Shown one piece after another: positions 28,506-38,788 of a stretch of DNA of 64,000 nt. How positions within the stretch are numbered: position 1 is the stretch's first letter; every line of letters begins with the position of its first letter. This DNA is from Leptospirales bacterium. Lineage in GTDB: Bacteria > Spirochaetota > Leptospiria > Turneriellales > JAOUFE01. A model generated the notes under the pieces. That model ran no database searches. It was not told the DNA's origin and saw only the letters and a list, made by a program, of their open reading frames with translations. The stretch spans positions 1 through 64,000 of the forward strand of contig JBEQLE010000004.1 of the NCBI GenBank assembly GCA_040326155.1, written 5' to 3'. The translations under genes and the position numbers were made by a program.

Positions 28506-31500
28506 ATGGTCTCTGTTCAAGACAAAGAAGAAGTTAAGTTTTTCTTAGACGAATTAAATGAAAACCTGGTTTACCTGGATGAAGCAATTATCACTCTCGA
28601 AGAGAACCCCTCTGACGCTGAGACGATTGAAGAAATATTTCGTGTAGCCCACACAATTAAAGGTAGCGCAGGGTTTTTAGACCTGAAAAACCTTGTTTCC
28701 CTTGGTCACGCCATGGAAAGCGTCTTTCAGGAATTTAAAGATGGCAAAATACAGGTTAACACCGAAGTAATCACTACTGTCCTGGAGTGTAAAGACGCCA
28801 TAGGTGAAATTGGAAAGCTTCTCGGGCAAGGCGAAAATACCGAAACAGTAGATACCGAAGCCTTAATTCAAAAAATAAATACATTTTTACATGCTGACTC
28901 TGGCAAGAAGAGTCCAGCGGTAAAAAAAGCCGATCCGATCTCCGACAACAGCAAAAATGGTGGGGAGTTAACTGCGAGTGACTACCTGCCCGGAACGGTA
29001 TTGCTTCGAGTCTGGGTTTCGACGGAAGAGCCAGCCCCGGCTATTCGAGCTTTCCTTGTTCAAAAAAACATATCGGAAGTTGCGGAAATTATTAAACAAA
29101 AACCAACCGAAGAAGAGATGGACTCGGAAGATTTTGTTTTTCCAGAACACTGTGAACTAAAATTCTGGGTAGAAACGGACGCCTCTGACGTCACACTCAG
29201 CAATGCTGCAAAAGTAGACTTGATCGATGATGTAAAAGTTGTTTCTGAAGAAACATTGAAAAGTATTGCCGAAAAGGAAAAACCCAGCGGGTCGTCAGAT
29301 CAAAAAACAGGCGCTTCGACTCGTGAAGAGATTGAACTTTCAGACACAGTCCGTATTCCGGTTCAACGCCTCGATATTATGCTCAATCTCGTGGGAGAGT
29401 TGGTAATCGCCAATAGTGGTTTCTCTCAGATTCAAGAACATCTACGCGATTCTTCCGGTTTTGATGAACTTTACCGGAATGTACGAGATCGAACCAAAGA
29501 TCTTGTCCGTATTTCAGCCGATATTCAAGATCTCGTCATGAAATCTCGGCTCGTTCCCGTAAGCCAGGTATTTAACCGTTTTAAACGATTTATTCGCGAC
29601 TACTCCTTTCGAAGCGGCAAGAAAATTCAACTTGTTATGACTGGAGAATCAACTGAAATCGATAAAAAAATTATCGATGAAATGATTAAGCCACTTACCC
29701 ACCTTGTACGTAACTCTCTTGATCACGGAATAGAATCGCCTGAAGAACGCCGTAAAAGTGGCAAGAATCCGGTCGGGCGACTGCACCTTATTGCCAGCCA
29801 GGAAGGTAACTATATAAATGTTGTAATTGAAGATGACGGTAAAGGACTCGATTATGTAAAGATTGTACAGACAGCTGTCGATCGCGAGATTATTACCTAT
29901 TCTGAAGCAGAGCAAATTACAGAAGATGAAATTAAAAAATTAATTTTTCACCCCGGCTTTTCAACAAAAGAAGAAATCGATGAGATGTCAGGACGTGGCG
30001 TTGGAATGGATGTTGTAAAAACCTCCGTCGAAGATCTGAATGGAACGATTATTCTGGATACGACTCCCGGTGCTGGAACAAGGTTAACGATTAAGTTACC
30101 TTTAACTCTGGCCATTCTAAATGCACTAATTGTCCGTGTCGCAAAAGATCGTTTTTGTATTCCTATGTCCTCCATTGTGGAAACACAAAAAGTCGCCATG
30201 AAAAACTTTCTTTCCGTAGAGAACAACGAGATGGTTCGCTTGCGCGATAGTCTTATACCAATTGTTCGACTCGAAAAAATATTTCCAGCCGAAATGCTTG
30301 ATGTAGAAGGCGAAAACGGTGAAACTTCTGAAGTAGAAAACGAATCGGAATACAGCGGAGGAATCATTCAAACTCAGGATGAGCTGCCGGTTATTGTGGT
30401 AGACTATCATGGGTCCCATGTTGCCATTTTAGTGGATCAGTTTATTAATCGCCAGGAGATGGTAATTAAGTCATTATCTGAACACTACAGATCCATTGAA
30501 GGTATCTCCGGAGCTTCTATTCTGGGTGACGGTAGTATTATTTTAATTATCGACGTACATGGTGTAATACAACTTCATCAGAAAAAAAGATCGAAAACAT
30601 TTCAAGACATTGGTCCGGGTTTTGGAGCAGGCGGTGACCTTACACCACCACAGATTATTCAGAAACCTATAAAATCCCCGATTGTCAAACCTCCGAAAAA
30701 AACGAAGGCACCTGAACCAGCAGAACCTGTAACGATGGCCAATTTGTCGTCCATGACTGCCGAACAGTTCGAAAGTCTCGAAGATGCGGAAACAAACATA
30801 CCGGAAGAACCCGAATCTGAAGATGTAAACGCGCAGGAAGAACAAAGACTCGAACAGAGCGACGATACAGCAGAAACTCCGGTTGTCGATGACATCGATT
30901 CCGATCTTAAAGATCAAATGATCGAAGATGGTACGGCCGATGAATTGATTGAACAAGTCCTCGAAATGAATGTATTGCATACAAAAATTGAAGGCGAAGT
31001 CCAGGATACTTCCCCATTAACTTTACAGGACCAGAAGCTGCGAGAAGAAGAACCCGAGCCTATAGCTGAAGAGCCGACAGAAATGGAAGAACCCGAAGCA
31101 ATAGCCGAAGACGACGGTGAATTAAGCGAATTTGAAAAAATGAAGCAAATGATTAATGCTTCAGACGAAGAGCCGACAGAAATGGAAGAACCCGAGCCTA
31201 TAGCTGAAGACGACGGTGAATTAAGCGAATTTGAAAAAATGAAGCAAATGATTGATGTTTCAGACGAAGTCTTTCCAGATCAAAATCTGGCTCTTTCTCA
31301 TTTTGACGCTTCTACATTAGATTTTAGTCTAATAAATCGTATTCTGGACGGACATGATGAGGAAAACTTGAAAAACTGGTTAAAACAAGCAAACAAAAGA
31401 GCAATCGAAGGCATTATCAGCCTGACTGGTCGTGAAGATATAAAATCAGGGAAAATCAGGGCAAAAAAGTTTTCCCAGAAAAAGGTGATGAAGCACTTTG

Positions 31501-31910
31501 ACGATCTTAAAATGCTGCAAGAGGAAATTATTGCCTTGAAGTTACCCATTTTGCCATTATCAGGAATGATATACCTCATTTTTACTAAAAAAAATGCACT
31601 CTCTGTTTGTAATTTATTGTTTGAGACGGCGCAATTACCAGCCCCGGATGAATTAGACTATGAACCACTCCTGGAAGTAACCAATATACTCGGTAGCGCT
31701 TATACAAACACCCTTACACAAATTACGGACATCCCTGTGGAGCCCGGATTGCCGGAAATTATCGAAAACCGGGAAGAAGTAGAAAAGTCACTGATGGACG
31801 ATCTCACAAAACAGAAACATCGTATTTTATTTGTTGAAAACCAGTTTTTATGGGATAATAAGTCCGTTCTTGCTGATATATTATTAATGATTCCCCAAAT
31901 AAATGATTAA
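28506..31910 (+). CDS. cheA: Chemotaxis kinase CheA with acidic linker and C-terminal CheC/CheX-like domain
   Basis: FRVAHTIKGSA, LNLVGELVI, HLVRNSLDHGIE, SGRGVGMDVV, CheW-like P5; C-terminal EVTNILGSAY. Confidence 0.95.
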   Translation: MVSVQDKEEVKFFLDELNENLVYLDEAIITLEENPSDAETIEEIFRVAHTIKGSAGFLDLKNLVSLGHAMESVFQEFKDGKIQVNTEVITTVLECKDAIGEIGKLLGQGENTETVDTEALIQKINTFLHADSGKKSPAVKKADPISDNSKNGGELTASDYLPGTVLLRVWVSTEEPAPAIRAFLVQKNISEVAEIIKQKPTEEEMDSEDFVFPEHCELKFWVETDASDVTLSNAAKVDLIDDVKVVSEETLKSIAEKEKPSGSSDQKTGASTREEIELSDTVRIPVQRLDIMLNLVGELVIANSGFSQIQEHLRDSSGFDELYRNVRDRTKDLVRISADIQDLVMKSRLVPVSQVFNRFKRFIRDYSFRSGKKIQLVMTGESTEIDKKIIDEMIKPLTHLVRNSLDHGIESPEERRKSGKNPVGRLHLIASQEGNYINVVIEDDGKGLDYVKIVQTAVDREIITYSEAEQITEDEIKKLIFHPGFSTKEEIDEMSGRGVGMDVVKTSVEDLNGTIILDTTPGAGTRLTIKLPLTLAILNALIVRVAKDRFCIPMSSIVETQKVAMKNFLSVENNEMVRLRDSLIPIVRLEKIFPAEMLDVEGENGETSEVENESEYSGGIIQTQDELPVIVVDYHGSHVAILVDQFINRQEMVIKSLSEHYRSIEGISGASILGDGSIILIIDVHGVIQLHQKKRSKTFQDIGPGFGAGGDLTPPQIIQKPIKSPIVKPPKKTKAPEPAEPVTMANLSSMTAEQFESLEDAETNIPEEPESEDVNAQEEQRLEQSDDTAETPVVDDIDSDLKDQMIEDGTADELIEQVLEMNVLHTKIEGEVQDTSPLTLQDQKLREEEPEPIAEEPTEMEEPEAIAEDDGELSEFEKMKQMINASDEEPTEMEEPEPIAEDDGELSEFEKMKQMIDVSDEVFPDQNLALSHFDASTLDFSLINRILDGHDEENLKNWLKQANKRAIEGIISLTGREDIKSGKIRAKKFSQKKVMKHFDDLKMLQEEIIALKLPILPLSGMIYLIFTKKNALSVCNLLFETAQLPAPDELDYEPLLEVTNILGSAYTNTLTQITDIPVEPGLPEIIENREEVEKSLMDDLTKQKHRILFVENQFLWDNKSVLADILLMIPQIND
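31068..31269 (+). repeat. 99-bp near-perfect tandem duplication inside the cheA linker
   Basis: Units start at 31068 and 31167 (EEPTEMEEPE.IAEDDGELSEFEKMKQMI). Confidence 0.9.
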
Positions 31911-31948
31911 TCGTTTTACAATTTATGTAGACATGCATTATTTGACAT

Positions 31949-32332
31949 ATGGCTTCTGCTAAAGTTGAGGGAACGAAAGTACTGATTGTCGATGATTCGG
32001 GCTACATGCGACAAGTTATTCGTAAATATCTTGAACCAAAAGGGTTTGTTATTATTGGTGAAGCTCAAGATGGGTGGGAAGCCATTCAGCTTTTTGATCA
32101 ACTTCGACCAGACGTTGTTACAATGGACATCTCTATGAAAAAAATGGGTGGTATTGAAGCGACTAAAAAAATTAAAGCTATAGACAGCAAAGCTAAAGTG
32201 ATCATGGTCTCTGCTTTGGGCGAAGCGAGATTTATAAAAGAAGCAATTAAAGCCGGAGCAAACGACTTTATTATTAAACCCTTCGCCGAAGAACGACTTG
32301 TTGGTTCCATTACCAATGTCGTTGGCAAATAA
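31949..32332 (+). CDS. cheY: CheY response regulator
   Basis: IVDDS, MDISM, VSA, IKPF; adjacent to cheA. Confidence 0.9.
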   Translation: MASAKVEGTKVLIVDDSGYMRQVIRKYLEPKGFVIIGEAQDGWEAIQLFDQLRPDVVTMDISMKKMGGIEATKKIKAIDSKAKVIMVSALGEARFIKEAIKAGANDFIIKPFAEERLVGSITNVVGK

Positions 32333-32365
32333 TACTAGCTCAACTTTATATTATTGGAGATCTGA

Positions 32366-32734
32366 ATGACCACTATCCTGATTGTAGATGATGCAACATT
32401 TATTCGAAACATGGTTAAAAAATCTTTACTTCCGCCAGATTTTACGGTCGTTGGGGAAGCTGCAAACGGTTTTGAAGCCATAAAATTATACAACGAACTT
32501 AAGCCCGATCTTATAACTATGGATATTACAATGCGTGGAATGGACGGATTGACAGCATTAGAAGAGATATTAAAAAGCAACCCTGAAGCAAAAATTATTA
32601 TGCTCAGTTCACTGGGTGAAGAAAAGTTTATTAAAAAGGCGATTAGTCTGGGGGCTAAAGATTTTATTACAAAACCATTTAAACCCGCCCGACTGGTGAA
32701 TGCAATTCGCGCGATTGTAGATAAAGAGGACTAG
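32366..32734 (+). CDS. cheY: CheY response regulator
   Basis: IVDDA, MDITM, LSS, TKPF; GGAG RBS. Confidence 0.9.
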   Translation: MTTILIVDDATFIRNMVKKSLLPPDFTVVGEAANGFEAIKLYNELKPDLITMDITMRGMDGLTALEEILKSNPEAKIIMLSSLGEEKFIKKAISLGAKDFITKPFKPARLVNAIRAIVDKED

Positions 32735-32910
32735 TGCTGTGTCTGGATAATAAGTTATTTTATTATTCAATAAAAACCTTATCCAGAGGCAGCTAAGTCA
32801 TAGACTCTGAGTGCAAAAGGCACTTCGAGTGGCGTTTCCGCTTGAATTTGTTCCGCTAGCCGTTGGCTAGCCGACGGCTAGCGGAACAAATTAAACAGAC
32901 ACGGCACTAG
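32731..32910 (+). mobile_element. ~180-bp CTAG-bounded MITE, copy 1 (complete)
   Basis: CTAGTGCTGTGTC ... GACACGGCACTAG; two large internal hairpins; related copies at 36607 and 47398. Confidence 0.85.
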
Positions 32911-32914
32911 CCAA

Positions 32915-34144
32915 CTATGGCTGCTCCTTCTTTTTCGATCTAAATACCTTTTGCCAGTTTATTTCCGAAGTTTTCAGCAGGTTTATGGCTACGGCAAAAA
33001 TCAAAATCGTTATATTTCCAAACCAGGCTGTTAGAAACGGCGGTATCTGTGGAAAGTTGACAGCCATGGCATCACTCGATAAAAATAAGCCAAAGTAAAT
33101 AAAAATAAATATAACCGACTGCCCCAGGCCCAGCCCTTTACCGCTGCGTTTATTAATAATTCCCATGGGGAAACCCAGGTACAAAAATAAAAATGTAGCA
33201 AATGAAAGCGCAATACGTTTGTGTAATTCACTTTTCAGACGAATAAGGTCTTTTTCCCCGTGTTTTTCTTCTTCTGAATTATAATTATCTATTCTATCTA
33301 AAAGTTCGCTTAAACTCAGTCCATTAAATTCCCTCTTCTTTTCCAGGGCAAAGTTATTTATATCATTTTGTATATTAATATCGAGATACCCATTGGTAAA
33401 ATCAACAGTTTGATAAACGCCCGATTTATTATCTTCAGTAAAAATATATCCGTTGTGCAACCGAATAGCTTTTATCCAAACGCCCCCTTCGAGCTCTTTT
33501 AAAATTTTGTATCCTTTTTCGGCTACTATAAATTCACTCAAGCGATAAACCTTTGTAATTTTATCGGACTTTTTAATTTGAACATTCTTTAAAATATCCA
33601 TACCTGGGTGATCGGGGTCTGGTTCAATGGAACCTACATAAATATGGCGCTGGCTCTTTTTGCCTTCTTCTAAAAGTGAAAACTGTCCCTCTTCGATAAT
33701 AGCAGTTGGGTTATACTTATAGATATTATACGCTATAACTTTCATCTCTCGCGCACAATACGGAACAACCTCAAGGTGAAAAAGAAGCAAAACAGCAATC
33801 ATACCCCCGCCAAAATAGACAAAAGGACGAAAAATGGTAGTGTACTTCATTCCCCCGGCTCTCATGGCAATAATTTCAGAATCACCATTCATAGTGCCAA
33901 CGGCCATAATAATCGCTAGCAGCGCCGACATAGGAATAGTCATACCCAGAGTCCACCCCATAGAGTATGTCAATAGCTCCAAAATATAAAAAACATCGAT
34001 ATTCTTTTCAATAGCGGCTTTAATCGCCTCACGCATGCTAAATAGCAATACGATAAATGTAAAAAATATCAATCCCACAATAAAAGGGGGTATAAAATTG
34101 GATAGGGTATACCGCGAAAGTATCGTGGGTTTAAAAAATTTCAC
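32915..34144 (-). CDS. LptF/LptG family LPS export permease
   Basis: TIPMSALLA, DSEIIAMRAGG, ELHKRIALSF, KRSGKG. Confidence 0.93.
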   Translation of the reverse strand: MKFFKPTILSRYTLSNFIPPFIVGLIFFTFIVLLFSMREAIKAAIEKNIDVFYILELLTYSMGWTLGMTIPMSALLAIIMAVGTMNGDSEIIAMRAGGMKYTTIFRPFVYFGGGMIAVLLLFHLEVVPYCAREMKVIAYNIYKYNPTAIIEEGQFSLLEEGKKSQRHIYVGSIEPDPDHPGMDILKNVQIKKSDKITKVYRLSEFIVAEKGYKILKELEGGVWIKAIRLHNGYIFTEDNKSGVYQTVDFTNGYLDINIQNDINNFALEKKREFNGLSLSELLDRIDNYNSEEEKHGEKDLIRLKSELHKRIALSFATFLFLYLGFPMGIINKRSGKGLGLGQSVIFIFIYFGLFLSSDAMAVNFPQIPPFLTAWFGNITILIFAVAINLLKTSEINWQKVFRSKKKEQP

Positions 34145-34159
34145 TATTACACCGGATTA

Positions 34160-34549
34160 TTACAATTGGACCTTCATCGTATATGCAATATATTCTTCTT
34201 TTAACTCGTAAATGTAAACCTTGTAACCGGGCAACTCAATAGTGTTATCTTTTATTGGATAGGCTTTTAATTCGCTTAAATCAGCAGTCTCTTTATTTGT
34301 ATCATACCTTTCTTCATATCGAAAATGTACTGCCTGCTCGTCAGCTTTTATGAAAAACCACTTTTTGTATACCATACGTCGTTTTCCCATCTTCAGTTGT
34401 ATTTCGGTCGAACTAAACATCAACTGATCTGTAACAACCCTGCTTAGCTTTACGCCCTCAGACTCTTCTTTAATTATATAAGCTCCACCGCCACAATAAC
34501 CAAAAAAACCGAGACTCAATACAAATAATATTATAACGCTCTTTTTCAT
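34160..34549 (-). CDS. Hypothetical lipoprotein
   Basis: MKK plus hydrophobic stretch, FGYC. Confidence 0.65.
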   Translation of the reverse strand: MKKSVIILFVLSLGFFGYCGGGAYIIKEESEGVKLSRVVTDQLMFSSTEIQLKMGKRRMVYKKWFFIKADEQAVHFRYEERYDTNKETADLSELKAYPIKDNTIELPGYKVYIYELKEEYIAYTMKVQL

Positions 34550-35322
34550 GCTACCTCTAGGTCTCTATTATTTAACTCGTATAAACGGTGTAACCCTTTT
34601 AATGTCAACGCAGGGTCTACCACATCAAAAAATTCATGTGTAAAACCGAGTTCTGTGATGATCCCTCCGGTTGCTATGACCACAAGGTTAGATGCATCGA
34701 CAGCGGCTATCTCTCGGCCAAGTTCCCGAAGAATTTCCCGAACCATTCCTTTGGTTGAGAAATAAACACCGCACTCTATGGACTCTTGTGAACTTTCACC
34801 CAGTATTTTATCTTTATTACGATACTCAACCTGTGGCAATTTTGCGGCTTTCTGACTCAAAGCTGAAAGAGTTGTATGAATTCCCGGAACAATTACCCCA
34901 CCTTGGTAAATATTATCGCTGATGAGGCAAAATGTTATTGCTGTGCCAAAATCGACTACAACTACATGAGGGCCAAAACCTGCCGCCGCAGTTAGGTTGG
35001 CCAGGCGGTCGGCCCCTATCGTTGGAAATTTTTCAGGGTTAAATTCAAAAGGGAATTGTAACCCGCCATCGACCAAAAGAATATCCTGTGTTCCCAGAAA
35101 GTGAAACGCCTCGCACAAGGGAGTATTGATGCTTGGGGCTACCGAACACATAACCACTCGAAACTTCTCATCCACTTCGTCGGCCCAATTTCTAATAAAA
35201 ACAGCCCATCCATCTCGGGAATTATCGGAAAGTGTTGGCGTCCTTGTCGTTTTCAACAAAGAACGCCCATTCCACAAACCAAACACCGTTTCCGAATTGC
35301 CAACATCGACCGTAATGATCAT
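34546..35322 (-). CDS. coaX: Type III pantothenate kinase
   Basis: DVGNS, IGADR, VVDFGTA, GGVIVPG, ATGG. Confidence 0.95.
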   Translation of the reverse strand: MIITVDVGNSETVFGLWNGRSLLKTTRTPTLSDNSRDGWAVFIRNWADEVDEKFRVVMCSVAPSINTPLCEAFHFLGTQDILLVDGGLQFPFEFNPEKFPTIGADRLANLTAAAGFGPHVVVVDFGTAITFCLISDNIYQGGVIVPGIHTTLSALSQKAAKLPQVEYRNKDKILGESSQESIECGVYFSTKGMVREILRELGREIAAVDASNLVVIATGGIITELGFTHEFFDVVDPALTLKGLHRLYELNNRDLEVA

Positions 35323-36461
35323 CTTCGGCGTGGAATTTCCTTCAAAGTAACCTTTGTTTTATAAATCTTTCCATCTCGAATATACTCAATATCAATGATC
35401 GCCCCGGCCCCTTTTCGCAAAACCGTCGACTTTAAAACAGATAGACTTTCTGCCGAATCTCCATTGACTTTAATAATAAAATCGTTGGAACGCAAGCCCG
35501 CTTCCCAGGCAGGGGAACCCTGGTTGACATGAGAAATTAAAAGTCCTACATTGTCTTCCAGTTTAAGTTTATTTCGGGTTCTATCGGAGATACTGCCTTC
35601 GATTACTACACCGATATAACCAGGTTTAATTGTTTTTCCTGATTTTAAAACCTCAATTACATCTTTAGCATAATTTATGGGTATAGCAAAACCGATACCG
35701 ACAGAACCTCCGCTTTGCGAATAGATCATCTGGTTAATACCGACCACTTCGCCTTTAATATTCAGCAATGGCCCACCTGAATTTCCAGGATTAATTGCCG
35801 CGTCTGTCTGAATACGAGGTTGTCCATCGGCAGCGTGAATATCCTGACCGGTGGATGAGATTACTCCGAAGGTAAAAGTTGATTGTAAACCAAATGGGTT
35901 GCCAATGGCAATGCCAAAATCGCCAACTCTTGTTTCGTCAGAATTGCCTAGGTGGACTACCTTAATTTCTTCTTTGGCTTCTATTTTTAATAAAACGATA
36001 TCGGAAATTTCATCGCTGCCGATCAACTTTGCTTCATAAAAATTTCCATTTTGTAGTTTAACGGTAATCTTGTCGACTCCTTTGACAACATGATAATTCG
36101 TTACAATAAAACCATCTGAACTGATAATAAAACCCGAACCCAACCCTTGTCTTGTTCTTTCTTTCGGAGTTCCAAAAAATTGTTTAAAAATCGGGTCAAC
36201 TTTAACAATTTGCTCTGTTTCAATTCGGACTACCGCCGGGCTCACCTCTTCGTATATTTCACGAAGCGCTTGTTGTAGCTTTATAGCGCCTACAACCGAA
36301 TTACTTTGCAACAGAGGGTTTTGTTCCGAAGCAAAAATTTGTGAATCTGTAGATTCTTTACAGTTTCCTATAAAAGGAGAAAAGAAAGCGCCAATTAGAA
36401 ACACAAATAACACAAGATTTGTTAACCCAATAGGCGATATTTTCCATTGTTTTTTATCCAT
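35319..36461 (-). CDS. HtrA/DegP family serine protease with one PDZ domain
   Basis: GLGSGF, TNYHV, IQTDAAINPGNSGGPL. Confidence 0.95.
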   Translation of the reverse strand: MDKKQWKISPIGLTNLVLFVFLIGAFFSPFIGNCKESTDSQIFASEQNPLLQSNSVVGAIKLQQALREIYEEVSPAVVRIETEQIVKVDPIFKQFFGTPKERTRQGLGSGFIISSDGFIVTNYHVVKGVDKITVKLQNGNFYEAKLIGSDEISDIVLLKIEAKEEIKVVHLGNSDETRVGDFGIAIGNPFGLQSTFTFGVISSTGQDIHAADGQPRIQTDAAINPGNSGGPLLNIKGEVVGINQMIYSQSGGSVGIGFAIPINYAKDVIEVLKSGKTIKPGYIGVVIEGSISDRTRNKLKLEDNVGLLISHVNQGSPAWEAGLRSNDFIIKVNGDSAESLSVLKSTVLRKGAGAIIDIEYIRDGKIYKTKVTLKEIPRRR

Positions 36462-36606
36462 TTAGACCTCTTAAGTGCAAAATTGCAAATTCCCCGAAAA
36501 TGGGGTAAATTAATAGTACTTTGTATTATTCCACTAAATTTAAGATCGCAAGTCAAGTAAAATATTCGAAAAAAACAAGCAATCGAAGGAAGGAAGGAAG
36601 GAGGTG

Positions 36607-36787
36607 AGTGCCGTGTCTTTTTAATTTGTTCCGCTAGCCGTCGGCTAGCCAACGGCTACCGCTTCACAAATTCAAGTGGAAACGCCACTCGAAGTGCCTT
36701 TTGCACTCAGAGTCTATGACTTAAGCTGTGACTAGATAGATTATATTAAAATAAGCTAATGTAACATCTATCCAGTCACAGCACTAG
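36607..36787 (-). mobile_element. CTAG-bounded MITE, copy 2 (inverted)
   Basis: Reverse complement of the 32731 element with a diverged first hairpin. Confidence 0.85.
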
Positions 36788-36810
36788 TGTAGATTACTGG
36801 TGCTCGCTTA

Positions 36811-37611
36811 TTACTTCTTACCTTTCTTCTTTTTGGTTTCAACGGCAATTCTGGCCTTGTAAGACTCGATACCCGATTTGCATTTTTTACTGAGTTCCAT
36901 GTCGCCTGTCATGCTGGCAATTCGCCGCAAATCTTCGAGCATTTTCATGGCATAAACAAGGTCGTTGGTTGATTTTGTGGATATTTCAAATTTACTGCGG
37001 TATTGACTGGAGGCGTCAAACAGTGTTTCTTTTACTGTATTTAACAACTCCTGGCGGTCATAAAAAAATTCCTCTCTGGGGTCTCGTATCGCCTGCATTT
37101 CTCGATAATCAGTCATATTCTTAAGCGTTATGGCCAGTTTGCCCCAAAGCTCAGGAAAAGACCATTTCCACTTGGTGCTTTCGCCATACCCTTTTATGAG
37201 CCTTTGAATAGTTTTTTGTATATGCTTATAAAAATTAAGACGCTGTTTGGGAGTAAAAGGTTTCAGTTTATCGAGTTCTTCACGGTTATGGTTTAAAGGA
37301 GCATCTACATTCATGGTCACAACTGGCTCAATTTCTTGAAAAATTTTACCGACCATTCTTTTTGCCGTATCAAGGTAATTGTTATTTTTTATACCCATCA
37401 TACGCTCAGACATATCGTTCATGTCCAGGTTGAGGTTAATCTGGCGTAACATTTTAGATACGATTCCTATATAAAAAAAAGGCTGCAATTTTTCATTTTG
37501 ACCCATTGCTTTTTTTATTGCCGCAATATCTTTATCTATTTCGGCAATGGCTTTTTTTTGTTCTGAAATTCTATCGTTGTATCTTCTTTTCGTACCGGCG
37601 TCTACTGCCAT
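36811..37611 (-). CDS. Conserved-looking helical hypothetical protein
   Basis: GAGG RBS; 266-aa ORF; YGESTKWKWSF motif. Confidence 0.8.
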   Translation of the reverse strand: MAVDAGTKRRYNDRISEQKKAIAEIDKDIAAIKKAMGQNEKLQPFFYIGIVSKMLRQINLNLDMNDMSERMMGIKNNNYLDTAKRMVGKIFQEIEPVVTMNVDAPLNHNREELDKLKPFTPKQRLNFYKHIQKTIQRLIKGYGESTKWKWSFPELWGKLAITLKNMTDYREMQAIRDPREEFFYDRQELLNTVKETLFDASSQYRSKFEISTKSTNDLVYAMKMLEDLRRIASMTGDMELSKKCKSGIESYKARIAVETKKKKGKK

Positions 37612-37636
37612 AGTTTTACCTCTTATTTATATAACC

Positions 37637-37837
37637 CTATGCATAAGTATCGACAACTGATTGGGGCATACTTGACCCGGCTTCATCGAGCGCAGGTTCA
37701 CGAGGTGGCTCGCTGGCCGGTTCTGAGGCAGAAAGTTCCGGCGTTTCCGGCGGTGGTTCGTGTAGAACCCTTGTTACAGTCTGGCTGGGTAATGTGTTTT
37801 GATTTTCACCGATTATATTATTTATTTCCTGTACCAT
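37637..37837 (-). CDS. Small Pro/Glu-rich hypothetical protein
   Basis: Overlaps lgt end, GGAG RBS, ends VVDTYA. Confidence 0.55.
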   Translation of the reverse strand: MVQEINNIIGENQNTLPSQTVTRVLHEPPPETPELSASEPASEPPREPALDEAGSSMPQSVVDTYA

Positions 37838-38750
37838 AGGGCTCGGCTCCTCTTATCCACTTCATAATTTCACCTCGCTGTTTTATCAGGTAGAAAAAAG
37901 AAACGGCAATAAATACCAGAGAAATAAACTGTCCCTGGGTAATCGGAATTTCCCCGAAAGGCAAGGTAACGGGGGGGTTTAACCGAATAATTTCAACCAA
38001 AAAGCGAACTAAACTATGAAGTATAATAAAAGTAACAAATTTTACCCCTACCGGCCACTCTCTGGTCCGCTTCAAAAAGAAGAAAGCAAAAAGTAAAAGT
38101 GAAAAAGTGGCTTCATAAAAAGGAGTATTATACACAACAACATCGGGACCGTGGTCTCGAACAAGTTCGGCCCAGGTATCCTGAGCGGCGCCGTTTGGAA
38201 AAGACATTGCAAAAGGAGCGCGCCAACCTAAATCGCATGCTATTCCATAACATCCATCCCCGGAAAACAAGCAACCTAAACGTCCAAACATATACCCAAT
38301 AGCCAAAGAAGGGGTAACAATATCACCCATTCTAAGATACGGAATTTTTACATATCGTAAATAAAAAACCATGGCCAGACTGGCTACGAGAGCTCCACCA
38401 TACCAGGTCAATCCACCCAGACTGAATAGCTGTTTAAAAAACCCACTGAAGCCATACCAACTATCGGAAGTTTCCCAGACAAAGAACAGTTTGGCTCCGG
38501 CAATGCCACCAAGAACCAGTATAATAATAATCGTGTCGGCCATAGGTACGGGCATACCAAGCCGATGAAACTCTTTTTGAAGAAGGAAGTTTGCGGTAAG
38601 AAAACCACAGGCCATCATTAAGCCATAAGTAGATAGACGAATCCAGCTATCTTCAGCTAGAAAATCGGCGGTAATAAATCCGCCTTTATAATGACATCCG
38701 GCAAGAAAAAGAACCGAAACGAGTGCAAATAAGAGTGTTTTCAGACGCAT
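37818..38750 (-). CDS. lgt: Prolipoprotein diacylglyceryl transferase
   Basis: TYGLM, GGLTWYGG, GRLGC, RFLVEIIR, QGQFIS. Confidence 0.93.
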   Translation of the reverse strand: MRLKTLLFALVSVLFLAGCHYKGGFITADFLAEDSWIRLSTYGLMMACGFLTANFLLQKEFHRLGMPVPMADTIIIILVLGGIAGAKLFFVWETSDSWYGFSGFFKQLFSLGGLTWYGGALVASLAMVFYLRYVKIPYLRMGDIVTPSLAIGYMFGRLGCLFSGDGCYGIACDLGWRAPFAMSFPNGAAQDTWAELVRDHGPDVVVYNTPFYEATFSLLLFAFFFLKRTREWPVGVKFVTFIILHSLVRFLVEIIRLNPPVTLPFGEIPITQGQFISLVFIAVSFFYLIKQRGEIMKWIRGAEPYGTGNK

Positions 38751-38788
38751 GATAATAAATGAATTTTCCAAATGGGTGGTCAAGGACT

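Noticed and set aside
36586..36604. (GAAG)n microsatellite beside MITE copy 2
   Set aside because: Short, intergenic, no evident function
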